Assembly (NCBI GenBank): GCA_964016885.1 | Contig: OZ024748.1 | Coordinates: 10,354,001 to 10,418,000 of the forward strand | Reading direction: 5' to 3' | Origin: Eledone cirrhosa | Taxonomy: Eukaryota | Length of the DNA stretch: 64,000 nucleotides | In this document: piece by piece, positions 12,722 to 25,283 of the stretch | Position numbering within the stretch: the first letter of the stretch is position 1 | Layout of the letters: each line of letters begins with the position of its first letter | Program-made: the position numbers and the translations under genes | Notes under the pieces: model-generated | What the model saw: only the letters and a program-made list of their open reading frames with translations | What the model was told of the DNA's origin: nothing | Databases searched by the model: none

Positions 12722-15367
12722 CATTGATAAACCAAAGTTAAAGAATTGTTTTATATTAATGTCGGAATATTATTAGTGTTGTAGATGGATGCATTTTTAA
12801 TCTACATCTGAAAAGACTTCGATCTAGTATTCTAGTCATTTATAAAAAATTTATTGAACTTTAAATAATCACGCCTTTTTTTAAATCTATTAATTTTTTT
12901 CACTAATCTAACTTGTAAATTATTAAATTAACCCCTATTTATTTTCTTTGCTGGCAAATTATATTTTCACTCCTTTCTTCGCAGTTAAAATTACAAGATC
13001 ACCATTTTAATCATTTTAGAATAAAGAACAACTATATCTATCCTTGCATTATAAGTCTATGAGAATGGATAATTAAATTTATTACAAAGTTATCCGGTCA
13101 AGTATAAGCTCTGAATAAATACTTTTACATCATATTTATAGTTAACAGGAGCGATTTCTGTTCGACTAACAGAAAGTTACAAGAGAAAATAGTTCCAATT
13201 GCAGCGCTTTTAAACGATCTTTAAAAATCTTCATCAGAAACCACTTTCTAATTATTCAGTTGTATGAAGGACGAGAGAGAGAGAGGCCATGTTTGTTAAG
13301 GCGCAAAGTCGGATAATTATTGATTTCAGTTTCCACTGGCCTATCGTCGTAGACTGTCCTCCTTTTTAGGTTAAACTTCCCAATAGAAAATATCAGGTAG
13401 TGAAATACATATATGTATTATACACACACTCACACATATATATGTGTGTGTAGTGTGAAAGGTCTCAGAAATAGTAGTATCTTTTGTAATTATGTCTTTT
13501 AAAATCGACGTAGTTGTTCACTTAAGGCGTCCATCAGTCATTATTTAAACTATGGAAGCCCGTCTGGACGGTAAATATCGACTTTGTTCGTCTCTTGTAG
13601 ATTTATTTTTCTCTCTCACTCCTTCTCTCCTTTTCTTTTTATCCCCCATCCTTCTATTACAGGTTACCTTTTTGTTCCAAATTTACCTTTTCTCTGTTCT
13701 GTGACTCAATCACCTTACCAGGATCCCCCTTTCTCTCTCGTTTTCCTCCTCAATTATTTAGCCTAGTACACATTAGAAATTCAAATAAAAAATGATAGAA
13801 CTTAAATGAATTTTTAAAAACTGATTATAAATTTCACTTAATTATGCAATAATTTTGCAGTTAACGCACACACACTTTACATACACACATATTTATATAA
13901 TTATTATTGCCTTGATTTGCAAAGAAATGGTGGGTGATGATTGACCGGATTTAGAAAGTTAGTTATATCACTAAATTCCTCGAAATTCTTGTTTATTATT
14001 TTTTTCTTTTTTTCTTCTAAATATTTGCAAATCATAGACATTGTTTTTCATGGGAAATATGGCAACGAAAGGAGAATTTTGGACAAAGATCTGAAGAGGC
14101 GATCTTCACAACTTGTCTTGAAAGTTAAGCGAGTATATGTGAAGAAGCTAAACCTTAAGTTTAGTCATCAAAACCTATTTTTAAAAGTAGCCTGCAATCT
14201 TTTAAAATAACAAATCTTTATTTTCTTAAATGGAAATAAAAATCCAATTATGTCCCATCAATTATTTTTCTTTTTTTTTTCAACAGTTGTTAAATTATGA
14301 TTTCGAATAAAAAAATTTTTTTTTTTTATGGACATTGTAGACAGTGAAAAATCGATAAATCATTTATGCTCTGTACATGAATTATAATTGACATTTTAAG
14401 ATGCCAGGAAAGATTTATTTTTATAACGATCAATTTATTTTTTTTTTTTTCACAAAAAGGAAAAAATGTAAATTTTTAATTTCTTCCAATTATTATTATT
14501 ATTAATATTATTATTATTATTACGGGGTCGATAAAATAAAGTACCAGTAATGCACTGGTTAATTGCTGGCCTTGTGTCTAAAGTAGAAACAATTATTATT
14601 ATTATTAATTTAGCTACTGGTTACAATTACTATTCACGATCTGCTAGAAATAGCCACTAAAACCTTCCTCGAGTCACATCATCATCATCATCGTTTTTAC
14701 ATCGCTTTTGACATGGGTTAGGAGGAGGGTTTTTGAGGCAGTATTTTACTGCCCCTTTCTTGGCAACAACCTTTCTAATTCATCTCTAAGAACGAATGTT
14801 AACGGTTTACCTATTCTAAAGTCTAAACTCTAGCATAACGGATTCCTAGATATACTAGTCTAAAATGTTCGTTAAGATTGGTTTGTCACGGTTGGAACAC
14901 TCACTCACACAACGGTACGATGTATTTATTCTAAAATCGGCAATTAACATTTAAAGACACATTCGTTAATGGAGTCCAAGATGTACATATCTAAATTGTT
15001 TTCTTTTAGACTTGTTAGTCGCACCTTGAAGGAAGGTCTTTGTCTAAAAAGTCTGTTGCGCTTCAACAACAACAACAGCCACACACATGGTAGTTTGACA
15101 TATTTTCAGCCAGTTTCATTTATTTACTTCCGTTTTCACCATCATCAGTAAACAATATTGCCGATGGATATGTGTGGGAGCAGCATAGTTATATAGTTAT
15201 TAATATAAATATGAATCTGTATTGCTTGTGACATTGTCAAAGTATGGCGACAGGGAGTGCTGCAGAGGATATTAAGATATGTTATGTTTTATTTATTTTT
15301 GCTGCTTCTGATGTTTCATAGTGGACAAAAATGGCCTTGACTCTCTCTCTCTCTCAGTATATGTTAG

Positions 15368-15512
15368 CAATGCCGGATTTACCATTGTGCTTGGATGTGC
15401 TTAAGCACAGGGCCCCGTTTGCCGGGGGGGGGGGGGGGGTCATCCTGACTGCCTATGTAGGGCTACTGGGCTTACCTCCTTTAAGACCTCATTCGTCCTA
15501 AATCCGACACTG
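15368..15512. mobile_element. hAT-like MITE
   Basis: TIR CAATGCCGGATTTA / TAAATCCGACACTG; 8-bp TSD TATGTTAG / TATGTTGG (7/8). Confidence 0.72.
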
Positions 15513-16559
15513 TATGTTGGTAAAATATTTAGCCACGGTTAGTTTTGGTTAAGCATTCACAAGTGTTTTAAGGCCACTTTTTCTGCTAAAGGAAGCTTGA
15601 TGATAGATTTTATATCAGGTCATGTTTTATGGGAAGGGAGACCTTGCTTCTATTTCTAGCAGCTAGTTACCACGTTGGTGTTCGTTCATGTGTTTTCTTT
15701 CTTAAGTAGTAAGACTGTCTTGATTTTGGACGTGTTATCTTTGTTGTGTAGTGTCTATATATTTTTCCAGTTTTTTATGTTCAAAGTTCAAATACTGCCA
15801 AGGTGAACTTTGCTTTCATCTTCTCGGGGTCGTTAAAAATACCAGTTTAGTATCAACTTTACTCCAAAATTGTTGGCCTTCTGCCAAAATTCGAAACCAT
15901 AAGAGGTCGATTTGACCTCCCCTTCCCTAATTTGCTAGCCTTGTGCCTAAATTATTAATCAGTTGTGTTTATTCTATTTATTACTATTTCAGAGACAAAA
16001 TGTATCTAAGTTTACATTCACCTCATGCAGTCATTTTCTTTCTACCTCTTAATATATAAGACAGCCGAGGTTAACTTTGCCTTTCACATCCTTACGGGGT
16101 CGATAAAGTACCAAGAAATGCACAGGAGTAATTGCTAGCCTTGTGCCAAAAGTAGAAACAATATATAAGACAATAGGATATAATGTATATGATTGACATT
16201 TCTAATGGGTCAAACGTTTGTGCCCCAATAATTATATTTATAGTGGTAGTAATTGGGTTATCATCATCATCACCATTTTAAACGTTCATTTTTTTCCACG
16301 CTAGCATGAGTTGTCCTGTTATGAGCAATGCCAGGCCACTAGATAATTAAGCACTTATAGTGCACGGCACCCTTTGACAACTGTCTACTACCATACATAG
16401 CTAGTAAGGAAAATGAGCGTTAAATGATGATGGCTTTGGATATGTTAGGGCCTTGTAACACTAGGGTTCTTATAACTTTGTGAGTGACATCGGATAGACA
16501 AACTGTGCAGATGCTCATCTGTTTGATAGTTGACAACCACTTAGTAGGAGGTGGCTTCT

Positions 16560-16930
16560 TCAGCTAATGGGGGACCACTTCAGGCACTTTGACATTAGTG
16601 AGAGGAAGGGGAGCAGATATAACTGGAATTAGGGTCTTTCTGTCTCGAGTGGCTTACTGTAAAGTCGTCTTTGAGGGTCTACCTTTTGAGTTCAGATCTA
16701 ACCACCCATGCTCAGGTTTTTTTCAGCATTCCTCTAGCACCTCTTCACCCAGCTTTCATCATCCATATGTATTGCCTGTCTATACCAGCACAGTCTTCTC
16801 TCTTGCACACTGCAACTGGTTCACTGTTAATATTTGGATTGACTTCTCGTTTGAGGGTAGCTTGATATCTTCCTACTGCAGTAATGCATGTGTTGTCAGC
16901 TTTTTTCTCCTCTAGAGCATTCGGAATGGT
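16560..16930 (-). mobile_element. Degenerate RTE LINE C-terminal fragment
   Basis: Minus strand encodes ...RRLCWYRQAIHMDDESWVKRC*, similar to RRLCWYGHVMRMKDDNCIKKC. Confidence 0.65.
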
Positions 16931-17879
16931 CATGGCCACTACCTTTTATGAAGCTGTGGTTCTCAAACCTATTTTTTTGTGGAACCTTTATACAATTTTC
17001 CAGACATTTCTGAACCATGTGTATATTTTACGAACAATCTCCACCGCTTTGTACTGTGGTTCTCAAACTTATTTTATCACAGAACCATATGTATATTTTA
17101 TGGACAATCTCCACGACCCTAACTTGAATAGGATATTAAATGAAAACATTTTTGTTATAGATTTAAAACGTATGTCTCCACATGTAAAGGGCAACTATTA
17201 TTTATAGTGATTAATTATTGTGGTCATTTGCATTGGGATACGCATATATTTTTTATGTCAACTTTTGATTTAGAGTTTATGTATAGCCTTGCTAGCAAGG
17301 AAAACGGACGTTAAATATTACTGATTCATAAACAGAAACATTTTTATCAAGAAATGTTGTATCAGACACATTACGTGTGTCAGGGGCAATAACTTTGCTT
17401 TACAGTGAAACTGACTACAGGAAGTTCTTCACTGAACTACTTTATGGGGACGATGAGGAGAAAAATTATAGGATTATTTTAACTTTTAAACGTCCTGTCT
17501 CATGAAAGCACATTGACAACACTGACTATATCGCATTGAAAATTCAAGTCTCTTCGCTAATAGTGCGAATTTTCACCACAATGATCAGTCCACTGGTAAA
17601 GATATTATAAACATTGGAATTAACAAACCTAGTTTTCATTTTTATTTTTTTTAAAGGGATGTTTTCTGTTAACTCATAAGATGTTAAGGGTTAAACAATT
17701 ATAAATTACATAATCATTATTTTTCTAAATCTCTCCAAATTGTTAATTATTGTAAAAATTAATTGAAGCACATAATCAATATATTTAATTAAAAATGTGG
17801 TTTAATGATTGGTGAGGTTTGTAACTTTGTTGAATGGTCAGCATCTTGTTAACTTTCTTTTTTGTTACTCCCTTTTCAG

Positions 17880-18113
17880 GATTAATCGGACCAAAAACAG
17901 TTTTCTGAAGCGTCAAACCAAAGGTCCTGTGGAAGGATTGTTTTGCAACTACAGTCATCGAGTATGTATGCAAAACCGACAGGACGGTTCCCTTTACTGT
18001 TACAAACATATTCTGGAAGACAAAAACACACCATTTAAGCAATGTAGTTATGTAGCAACTAAGACTGGTAAAAGATGTCCTAATGCAGCTCCAAAGGTTG
18101 ATCGCAAAGATGA
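17880..18113 (+). CDS. KANSL2: KANSL2 coding exon 2 (zf-C3Hc3H region)
   Basis: ttttcag|G...GA|gtaagt. Encodes ...[51 protein letters not shown], matching KANSL2 [25 protein letters not shown]. Confidence 0.95.
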
Positions 18114-19099
18114 GTAAGTATATTAGTGCTATATATAATGTAATATATACTGTATATACTAGTGTACAGGTTACACCTATTTTACATAAAGTTACAATGT
18201 ACCATACATTTTAAATTGAGGTTGAATGAGTTCAATAGTGAAGTCACATACTGGTTTTTCATATGGGGGGGGGGGGTGCGACTTACATCTACAGATATAT
18301 ACAGTTTTTGAAATGAGCACCACCACCACCACCATTATGTGTGTGTATATATATATAGGACTACCTTTTATTTTCTGTATCTATCCTTTGTGATCCTGTC
18401 TCTTGAAGAAGAGCTAAAGCCTGACTCGTAGAAATTTCTTTCCCCTTTTTTATATATAGTGTGAAACTGAGACTTTTTGTTGTTTCCATATATGTGTGTG
18501 TGTGTGTATATATATATATACACACACACATATGGTGTGTTAGAGAATTGGATATTTGTTGGGTTCTCTGTTTTCCTAGTTAAAATCCAGCTGAGATTCA
18601 CACTGCCTTTCATTGTTTTGGGTGGTGTATACAAAGACAGACCCATTCCACTGGTGCATCTCTGTTTCTCTCTAGCAGAGCTCTGAGACATGGATGTTGC
18701 TAGATTAAGTTTTCCATCTAATTATAACTTGTAGAATGTTTGAGAAAGATGTTTGTTTTGGCTTATTACCTATCCTCTGTCTATACCTACTTCCTATGGC
18801 ACCTGTGTAACGATGGATGGTTTCTTCCTATGTGTGTCAACTTATTTTAGTTCATCTCACTATTAGTATCTGACTTTTCTGAAGAGACTGACTGAATACC
18901 TTGTTGAATTCTACAATGTTTTATAGCATCAGTTTTTGTGATGAGTTTGATGACTTCATTATAAATTATATTTGAATTTGAAAAGTTTAAATTGAAAATT
19001 ATTATAAAATGTGTACTTTTTTTCTGTTGGTTTAAAAGATTTGATATATAAGTAATCTTTTACTGAACTTTATATATATCCTGTAGTAGTTTTTGTTTC

Positions 19100-19149
<50 letters not shown>

Positions 19150-20451
19150 TGACTTAACCCTTTAGCATTCACATTACTCTATATATACTGTGTCTAACCC
19201 ATGCTAGCTTGGAAAATGGACATTAAATGGTGATAATAATAATAATAATAAATACTATTATATTTTCATGGTAAAGGTTTTACCTTGCATAATTATCTCA
19301 CATAATATCGAATCTGAGATTTTGAAAGTATTTATTTTGAGAACAATACCTTAACATCAGTTTGAGTGACCAGTTACAGCCAGTTTCAACAGAAAGAGGT
19401 AGAGTTTTGGCCGGTTTGAACATTAAAGGGTTAAAAATATAAAAAATTGTCCTAAATAGTAACACTAATGTTTTATTCACTAAAATGTTGGGTTTTTATG
19501 TTTATTATTTTTATTTGTTTTTTTTTCCATTTGCTCACTGAAGGGAACCAAAGAAAAGAGAATCAGTTGTGAAAAGGTTAGTAAATGAACACACACGCAT
19601 ATTAAAACCCTCACAATCTCTGCTTTTTTATTGCAATCTCATATTGCTAATATAGCAAATAGCCTTCTTCAAATTGATTTACCTTTTAGATATGTTTGAC
19701 ACAATGTTATTACCTATCCTGTTTACACCTGCTTTCCGTCATGACACCTTTTATATATTTTACTGAACTTTACATATATCCTGTAGTAGAAAAGGCAACA
19801 GAGATTGTCATGACGGATCATATTTGAGAACTACATGCCCAAGTATAAAATATTCACCATTGTTGGAAATGCAGTGAGTGAATCAAGACTGTGCTGGAAA
19901 CCACCTGTCTAACCCATGCAAGCATAAAAAAGCAGTCATAAAATGATGACTGGTGTCACAACAAAAAGCACCCAGTTTACCCTGTATGGTGGTTGTACTG
20001 GTGTCGTGGCAGTCCTCCAATTCACTCGGCATGCTATAAGAATTGACTAAAAGGATTGATGTCAGGAAAGGCATCTGGCTTTAAAAAAAGTCCTGTCCAA
20101 CTCATGCCAGCATGGAAAAGCTGATATATATAAACAATGGTGATGGTGTTGTACTGTCAGATGCCCTTCATAGTGGCCACTCTTTCTGGATGCCTCTTAT
20201 GATGTGCACGAATGTGTGTATACAATCTTCCACTACCTTGCTATATATATATATATGTAATCTGAGTTTTTCGAATATTAATAACAACATTCGAAACGTT
20301 TATGCAAACAAGCCTCAATTTTATAGCCATGTAAGTAGAGAATGAACCCTAACGTTTCTGGATATCACCCTTCAGCAGTACAGCTCACTGTTCACCTGCC
20401 AAACTGTCAGAGCTAATGAAAATATATGCTATTTTCAAAATGACACAGTGG

Positions 20452-20562
20452 CTGATCGGCCTGATTTGCATATAAGAAGACTGGCTGATCAGTCAGATCT
20501 GCATATTAGTAGATCCACTGATCAGTCAGATCTGCATATTAGTAGATCCACTGATCAGTCAG
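20452..20562. repeat. 33-bp tandem repeat x3.3
   Basis: CTGATCAGTCAGATCTGCATATTAGTAGATCCA. Confidence 0.88.
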
Positions 20563-20828
20563 TTTCCTGTATACGAGTGATAAATGACCGGCTTTGCCAA
20601 ATTCAAATAAAAAAAGAAAACTTTTTTCACTCTATATGGCTGAATACAATAAATGTAATGTGAGTTTTTTGAATATTAATAATAACATTCGATTCGTTTG
20701 CAATTATGCAAACAAGCCTCAATTTTATAGCCATGCATAATTGCAAACGAATCGAATGTTATTATTAATATTCAAAAAACTCGGATTACATTTATTGTAT
20801 TCAGCCATGTAGAGCGAAAAAAGTTTTC

Positions 20829-20879
<51 letters not shown>

Positions 20880-20922
20880 TTATTTTATGATTATTAATGT
20901 TTCATTTTGTCTTTAAATACAG

Positions 20923-21104
20923 ATATTGCCTCTTTCATGCTCGAAGAGCTGCATTGCTACGACAACGCTCAACACGGAAGTGTAAACCGAAGGAAACTCC
21001 GGAGACTCTGTTGGAGGAACTTGACCATTATGGCAGCCCCGAGTGTGAGAGTGATGTTAGAAAATACCGGAATAATAATGAAAGTCTTGCTAGCAGAATA
21101 ATTG
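20923..21104 (+). CDS. KANSL2: KANSL2 coding exon 3
   Basis: tacag|A TAT TGC...ATT G|gtaaga. Encodes YCLFHARRAALL...ETLLEELDHY...ASRII; phases are consistent. Confidence 0.92.
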
Positions 21105-21129
21105 GTAAGATGTCTTTGTAATCATTGTA

Positions 21130-21170
<41 letters not shown>

Positions 21171-21202
21171 CTCTTCATGTTGTGCTATTTGTTGACTTTC
21201 AG

Positions 21203-21317
21203 ATTATGCCAGCTCAAGTGATTCAGATGTAGAAGCTCCTCTTGTTGACCAAGCATGGCGTGGAGAAGGTGAGAGTGATGCCGAAAGTATTGACAGTGAA
21301 CAGGATGATCCTTTAAA
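21203..21317 (+). CDS. KANSL2: KANSL2 coding exon 4
   Basis: ttcag|AT...AA|gtaaga. Encodes DYASSSDSDVEAPLVDQAWRGEGESDAESIDSEQDDPLK, matching KANSL2 VDQTWRGD.DSEADSIDSDQEDPLK. Confidence 0.95.
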
Positions 21318-22257
21318 GTAAGACATATTCTCCTTTCTCTCTCTCTTAACTGTTAACCTTCAGTTGTAGATCCTATTTCATATATATATGAGTATACCCG
21401 AAATTGCAGCTGCACTACAGTAGATGCTCATCAAATTATAAGAGGCAGTCACAAAGCACTCAATAGTGTGAGAAATTGACATATTTCCACCCAGAGTGAA
21501 CACAAAAAGTTAATGGAGTGTTTCACCAGGAATAAGGCAACTAAAAGTATGTTGCTACAATAATACAACATCTATATATACAAACAGGTCAAACACTAAC
21601 CTGGACCAGCTCAAGTGGACATGATAGGTTTCTGGGATATATATATATATATAAGGTAAACAGAAATAACACAATCCATACAGTATATGGAAGGGATATA
21701 TTAGGTTAACGCTTGATATAGCAGGAAGACGGTCTTAATGTTTTGGACGCTAGTCCTTCATCAGAAGAAAGAATGAGAAATAAGATAAATTGAGGGGACA
21801 GGGCGAGTTGGAATTGGAAAAAGTGTCTTTAGATAAAAATAACGGGTCCATTCATGTTGACATCTCTTGCAAAACTATATATATTGTTAATAATAGGGCT
21901 GTTATGTTTCTAATGGTTTAATCACTGGTTTACTGTGTTGATGAGAATGGTAAAGGAAAATCTATAACATAGCAGTTTATTATTTTTTTTGGGGCTGGCT
22001 GTGCATACATATTCATATATTTCATTAGTGACCATCGCATCAGTTTACATGCATTGTATATCTTGGGTGTCAGGGGGCTACCATGAGACACACTTTGGCA
22101 GAATTTTGAAGAACATGAGGGCTTATCCTCATTAGGCATTGCTTGGCATAAAAGCCTTTGGAATTTAAAAAAAAAGCACAATGGTTGTTACATTTGATAT
22201 AAAGGAGTTGTTGGGTGAAGTAGCACAACTAATCTGATATATTTGTTGTTTTTTTAG

Positions 22258-22421
22258 ACACGCTGCAGTTTACACAGCAGAAGAGGTGGCCTTGATTTTA
22301 AGGGACAAGCTAATTCGATTGCAGTCACTCTACATTGATCAGTTCAAACGTTTGCAACACATCATGAAGGAAAGAAGGAGAAAATACCTACACACATACA
22401 AGCAGGAAAGGGAAACATTAG
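22258..22421 (+). CDS. KANSL2: KANSL2 coding exon 5
   Basis: tttag|A...G|gtgaga. Encodes [45 protein letters not shown], nearly identical to the KANSL2 core. Confidence 0.97.
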
Positions 22422-23135
22422 GTGAGATCTTCACACACTTTATATATTTAGAAATAAAAAGCACCCAGTCCACATTGTAAACGTGCTTGGCATTAGGAAG
22501 GGCATCCCGTCATAGAAACCAAGCCAGAAACATTTCTGTATGAGCAAGACAGTTATCTCATTTGACTTGTCTCACAGCTCAACTAGTTTAACCCATGCTA
22601 GTGTAGAAAAATGGATGTTAAACGATGATGTTGATGATGTCAGTTTTAGATTCATCCACTGCACTGGAAACGACTCCCTAATTAAAACCTGCAGAGTTGG
22701 GCAGAGACACAGAGGCAGTTAATGCATTAGTTTCTTGTGTGGAATATCTAAAGTATTATTAAGCATGTCTATGTGGTTAGGAAATTCACTTCACAGCCAC
22801 ATGCAAGTACTATCCCACTACATAGCACCTTATGAAAGTATATTTTACTACTATAATAGCCTTGGACTGACCAATGCCTTGTGAATGAAGTTGGTAAACA
22901 GGAACTATGGAAGCCTGTCATATGAGTATCTTTGCTTTACATTGGCACTGATATTTGTTTACATAATATAATATATTTTTTCACAAGTTAAACACTGATC
23001 GTTGCAAGTCAGCGGTAGTGTGAAAGGGTCAAAGATTCATATGCTGCTTAAAATAAGGAGGTGGGGGTGGTGGCATTTAGCTGTTGAATACTGCCTGAAA
23101 GAAAATTTCCTTTAACCTTTCATTTTATCTTCCAG

Positions 23136-23227
23136 GTCCTGTACAAGCCTATAAGACATCTCCAGAGCAGAAAGATAAATATGCTAAGCTTGTTGCTATG
23201 AAGAGACACCATCGACGATTTTGCAAG
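23136..23227 (+). CDS. KANSL2: KANSL2 coding exon 6
   Basis: ttccag|GT...AAG|gtattt. Encodes GPVQAYKTSPEQKDKYAKLVAMKRHHRRFCK; phases fit the neighbouring exons. Confidence 0.88.
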
Positions 23228-23377
23228 GTATTTGTTACGTTTCATCATTTTAAAATATGTTGCTAGGATTGATGTAAAGTTGGCAAGGAGATCGAAGAAA
23301 GGGTAGAAAATTTGTTGGACTTTAAGTATTAATACTGTAACGTACTAAAGAATATATCTATAGATATTTAGGCCTAG

Positions 23378-23890
23378 TGTACTACAGATGTATCTGTATT
23401 TAAACTACAGATGTAATTGTGTTGTACTACAGATGTATCTGTATTATACTAGTTATATCTATGTTGTACTATAGTTGTATATATATACTGTACTATAGTT
23501 ATATCTATGTTGTACTATAGTTATATCTATGTTGTACTATAGTTATATCTATGTTGTACTATAGTTATATCTATGTTGTACTACAATTATATCTATATTG
23601 TACTATAGTTGTATCTATACTGTACTATAGTTGTATCTATACTGTACTATAGTTATATCTATACTGTACTACAGTTATATCTGTTGTACTATAGTTATAT
23701 CTATGTTGTACTATAGTTATATCTGTTGTACTATAGTTATATCTATGTTGTGCTATAGTTATATCTATGTTGTGCTACAGTTATATCTATGTTGTACTAC
23801 AGTTATATCTATGTTGTACTACAGTTATATCTATGTTGTACTAGTTATATCTGTTGTACTACAATTATATCTGTATTTTACTACAGTTGA
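23378..23890. repeat. 22-bp AT-rich minisatellite, about 23 copies
   Basis: Unit TGTACTATAGTTATATCTATGT with variants. Confidence 0.93.
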
Positions 23891-24130
23891 TAATTATTGG
23901 TGTTTGCTTTGTGACATTTAGTTACAGCTTTTTATCATCCCGAGTTGTAGTCCTGCTGAAGTCAACTTTGCCTTTCATCCTTCCAAGTTTGATAAAGTAC
24001 CAGTTATATACTGGAGTCAATATAATCAATTTTCTCCTTGTGTTTAAATTAGAAATCAATTTTTTCTAGATTTGTTAGTTTTTTTTTGTTAATTAGTATA
24101 TTTCTAATCAATTCTGTTTTCCATTGATAG

Positions 24131-24284
24131 GAGACGTTATTGTACCAACAATCAAAACGACGAAGAATTGCAATGACAGAAGGAGATAAATATCGTCCCG
24201 CTGGTTATCCAAAATGCATCCACAATGAGAGTAATGTTAAATGTAACTCCCGAGCCATGCCTCTCTCTAAATTTTGTAATGAAC
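24131..24284 (+). CDS. KANSL2: KANSL2 coding exon 7
   Basis: gatag|GAG...C|gtatcctttc. Encodes ETLLYQQSKRRRIAMTEG...KCIHNESNVKCNSRAMPLSKFCNE, the start of the second C3Hc3H finger. Confidence 0.92.
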
Positions 24285-24624
24285 GTATCCTTTCTTATTT
24301 CTAGTTGCTATTTTATTTTCTCACCTCTTAAGAATCTCTCTTTTACTCAAGTTTTATAATATGAGGCTCAGTTGACAAGTACTACTGATAATATATATAC
24401 AGGGTGTCCTAAAAAAAGTCTATACATACTTCAACAGCATTCTAATAAATATTGCCTGTACAGGTAATCAAAGTGTGTATACATTTTTGGGGACACCCTG
24501 TACACACACACATATATATATAAACATACACACACACAGAATCGTTATCAAGTCAACTCTGGATTTTGGCCTTTGTATTTATTTTTTTATAAAAGTGGAA
24601 GTTTGTTCTTTAACCCGTGTTCAG
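24285..24624 (+). other. U12-type GT-AG intron in KANSL2
   Basis: 5' splice site GTATCCTTTC. Branch TTCTTTAAC at 24606-24614, 10 nt before the end of the intron, with no polypyrimidine tract. Splicing restores C|AT = His. Confidence 0.92.
24400..24500. mobile_element. Tc1/mariner-type MITE of the same family, inside the KANSL2 U12 intron
   Basis: TA-CAGGGTGTCC...GGACACCCTG-TA; the interior is shared with 3249-3327. Confidence 0.82.
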
Positions 24625-24785
24625 ATATCTTATATGATCCTGATCAGGTGCTCTACCAACCATGTCCCTTTGCCAATGGTGCCTGTTCTAAGCCTGTTTC
24701 TGTCATAGCTGACAACTGTTATTGCCAAGAACATGTACAGATTAAAGAAATGCACACAAGAGTCCCACTAGTGAAATTAGAAAAC
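24625..24785 (+). CDS. KANSL2: KANSL2 coding exon 8
   Basis: Encodes HILYDPDQVLYQPCPFANGACSKPVSVIADNCYCQEH..., matching KANSL2 HICQDTNQVLFKCC...CNKPV...CPLH. Ends AAC|gtaagt. Confidence 0.92.
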
Positions 24786-25283
24786 GTAAGTTGGTTTTTA
24801 AAAAAAAAAATCTATTTTATTTTATTTTGTGTTTATTCTTGCCAACATTTAGATTCAGAGTTGCTGTTTCTTTAACTGTGTTGAAGCTATTTCCCATGTG
24901 TTTCTTCTGTTCTAAACATCTGTAGACAAGCAGAAACCTGGGGTGTGAAATGTAGAAGGTGTAATCATCATCATCATCAATATCGTCATTTTTACATCTG
25001 TTTATACTTGGCAGCATGGGTTGGATACATCTGTTGATGCCAAACCTCACTTGTTTATTTTAATCAAGATGTAAATCTTTTCACTTTTCACGTTTAACCA
25101 CTGAGTCAAGAAATGTAAACAATTAAGATCTTTATCACCCCGAGACCAAATACTAAAGGAAATTTTCTAAAAAGGGTTAAATATATGCAGTGACCCCTTT
25201 GGTCAGTATGTCATCCCTCTAGAATTCCTTCTCTACATATGTTTTCCTGCAGTTATTCAAGATCAACATAAGTCTCACATTAC

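Noticed and set aside
17809-18117. INO80D as the identity of the zinc-finger gene
   Set aside because: It shares the zf-C3Hc3H domain, but [16 protein letters not shown]...[16 protein letters not shown] and KRCPNAAPK are KANSL2-specific.
23106-23135. U12-like branch TTCCTTTAAC before KANSL2 exon 6
   Set aside because: The donor of this intron is GTGAGA (U2-type) and a normal pyrimidine tract is present.
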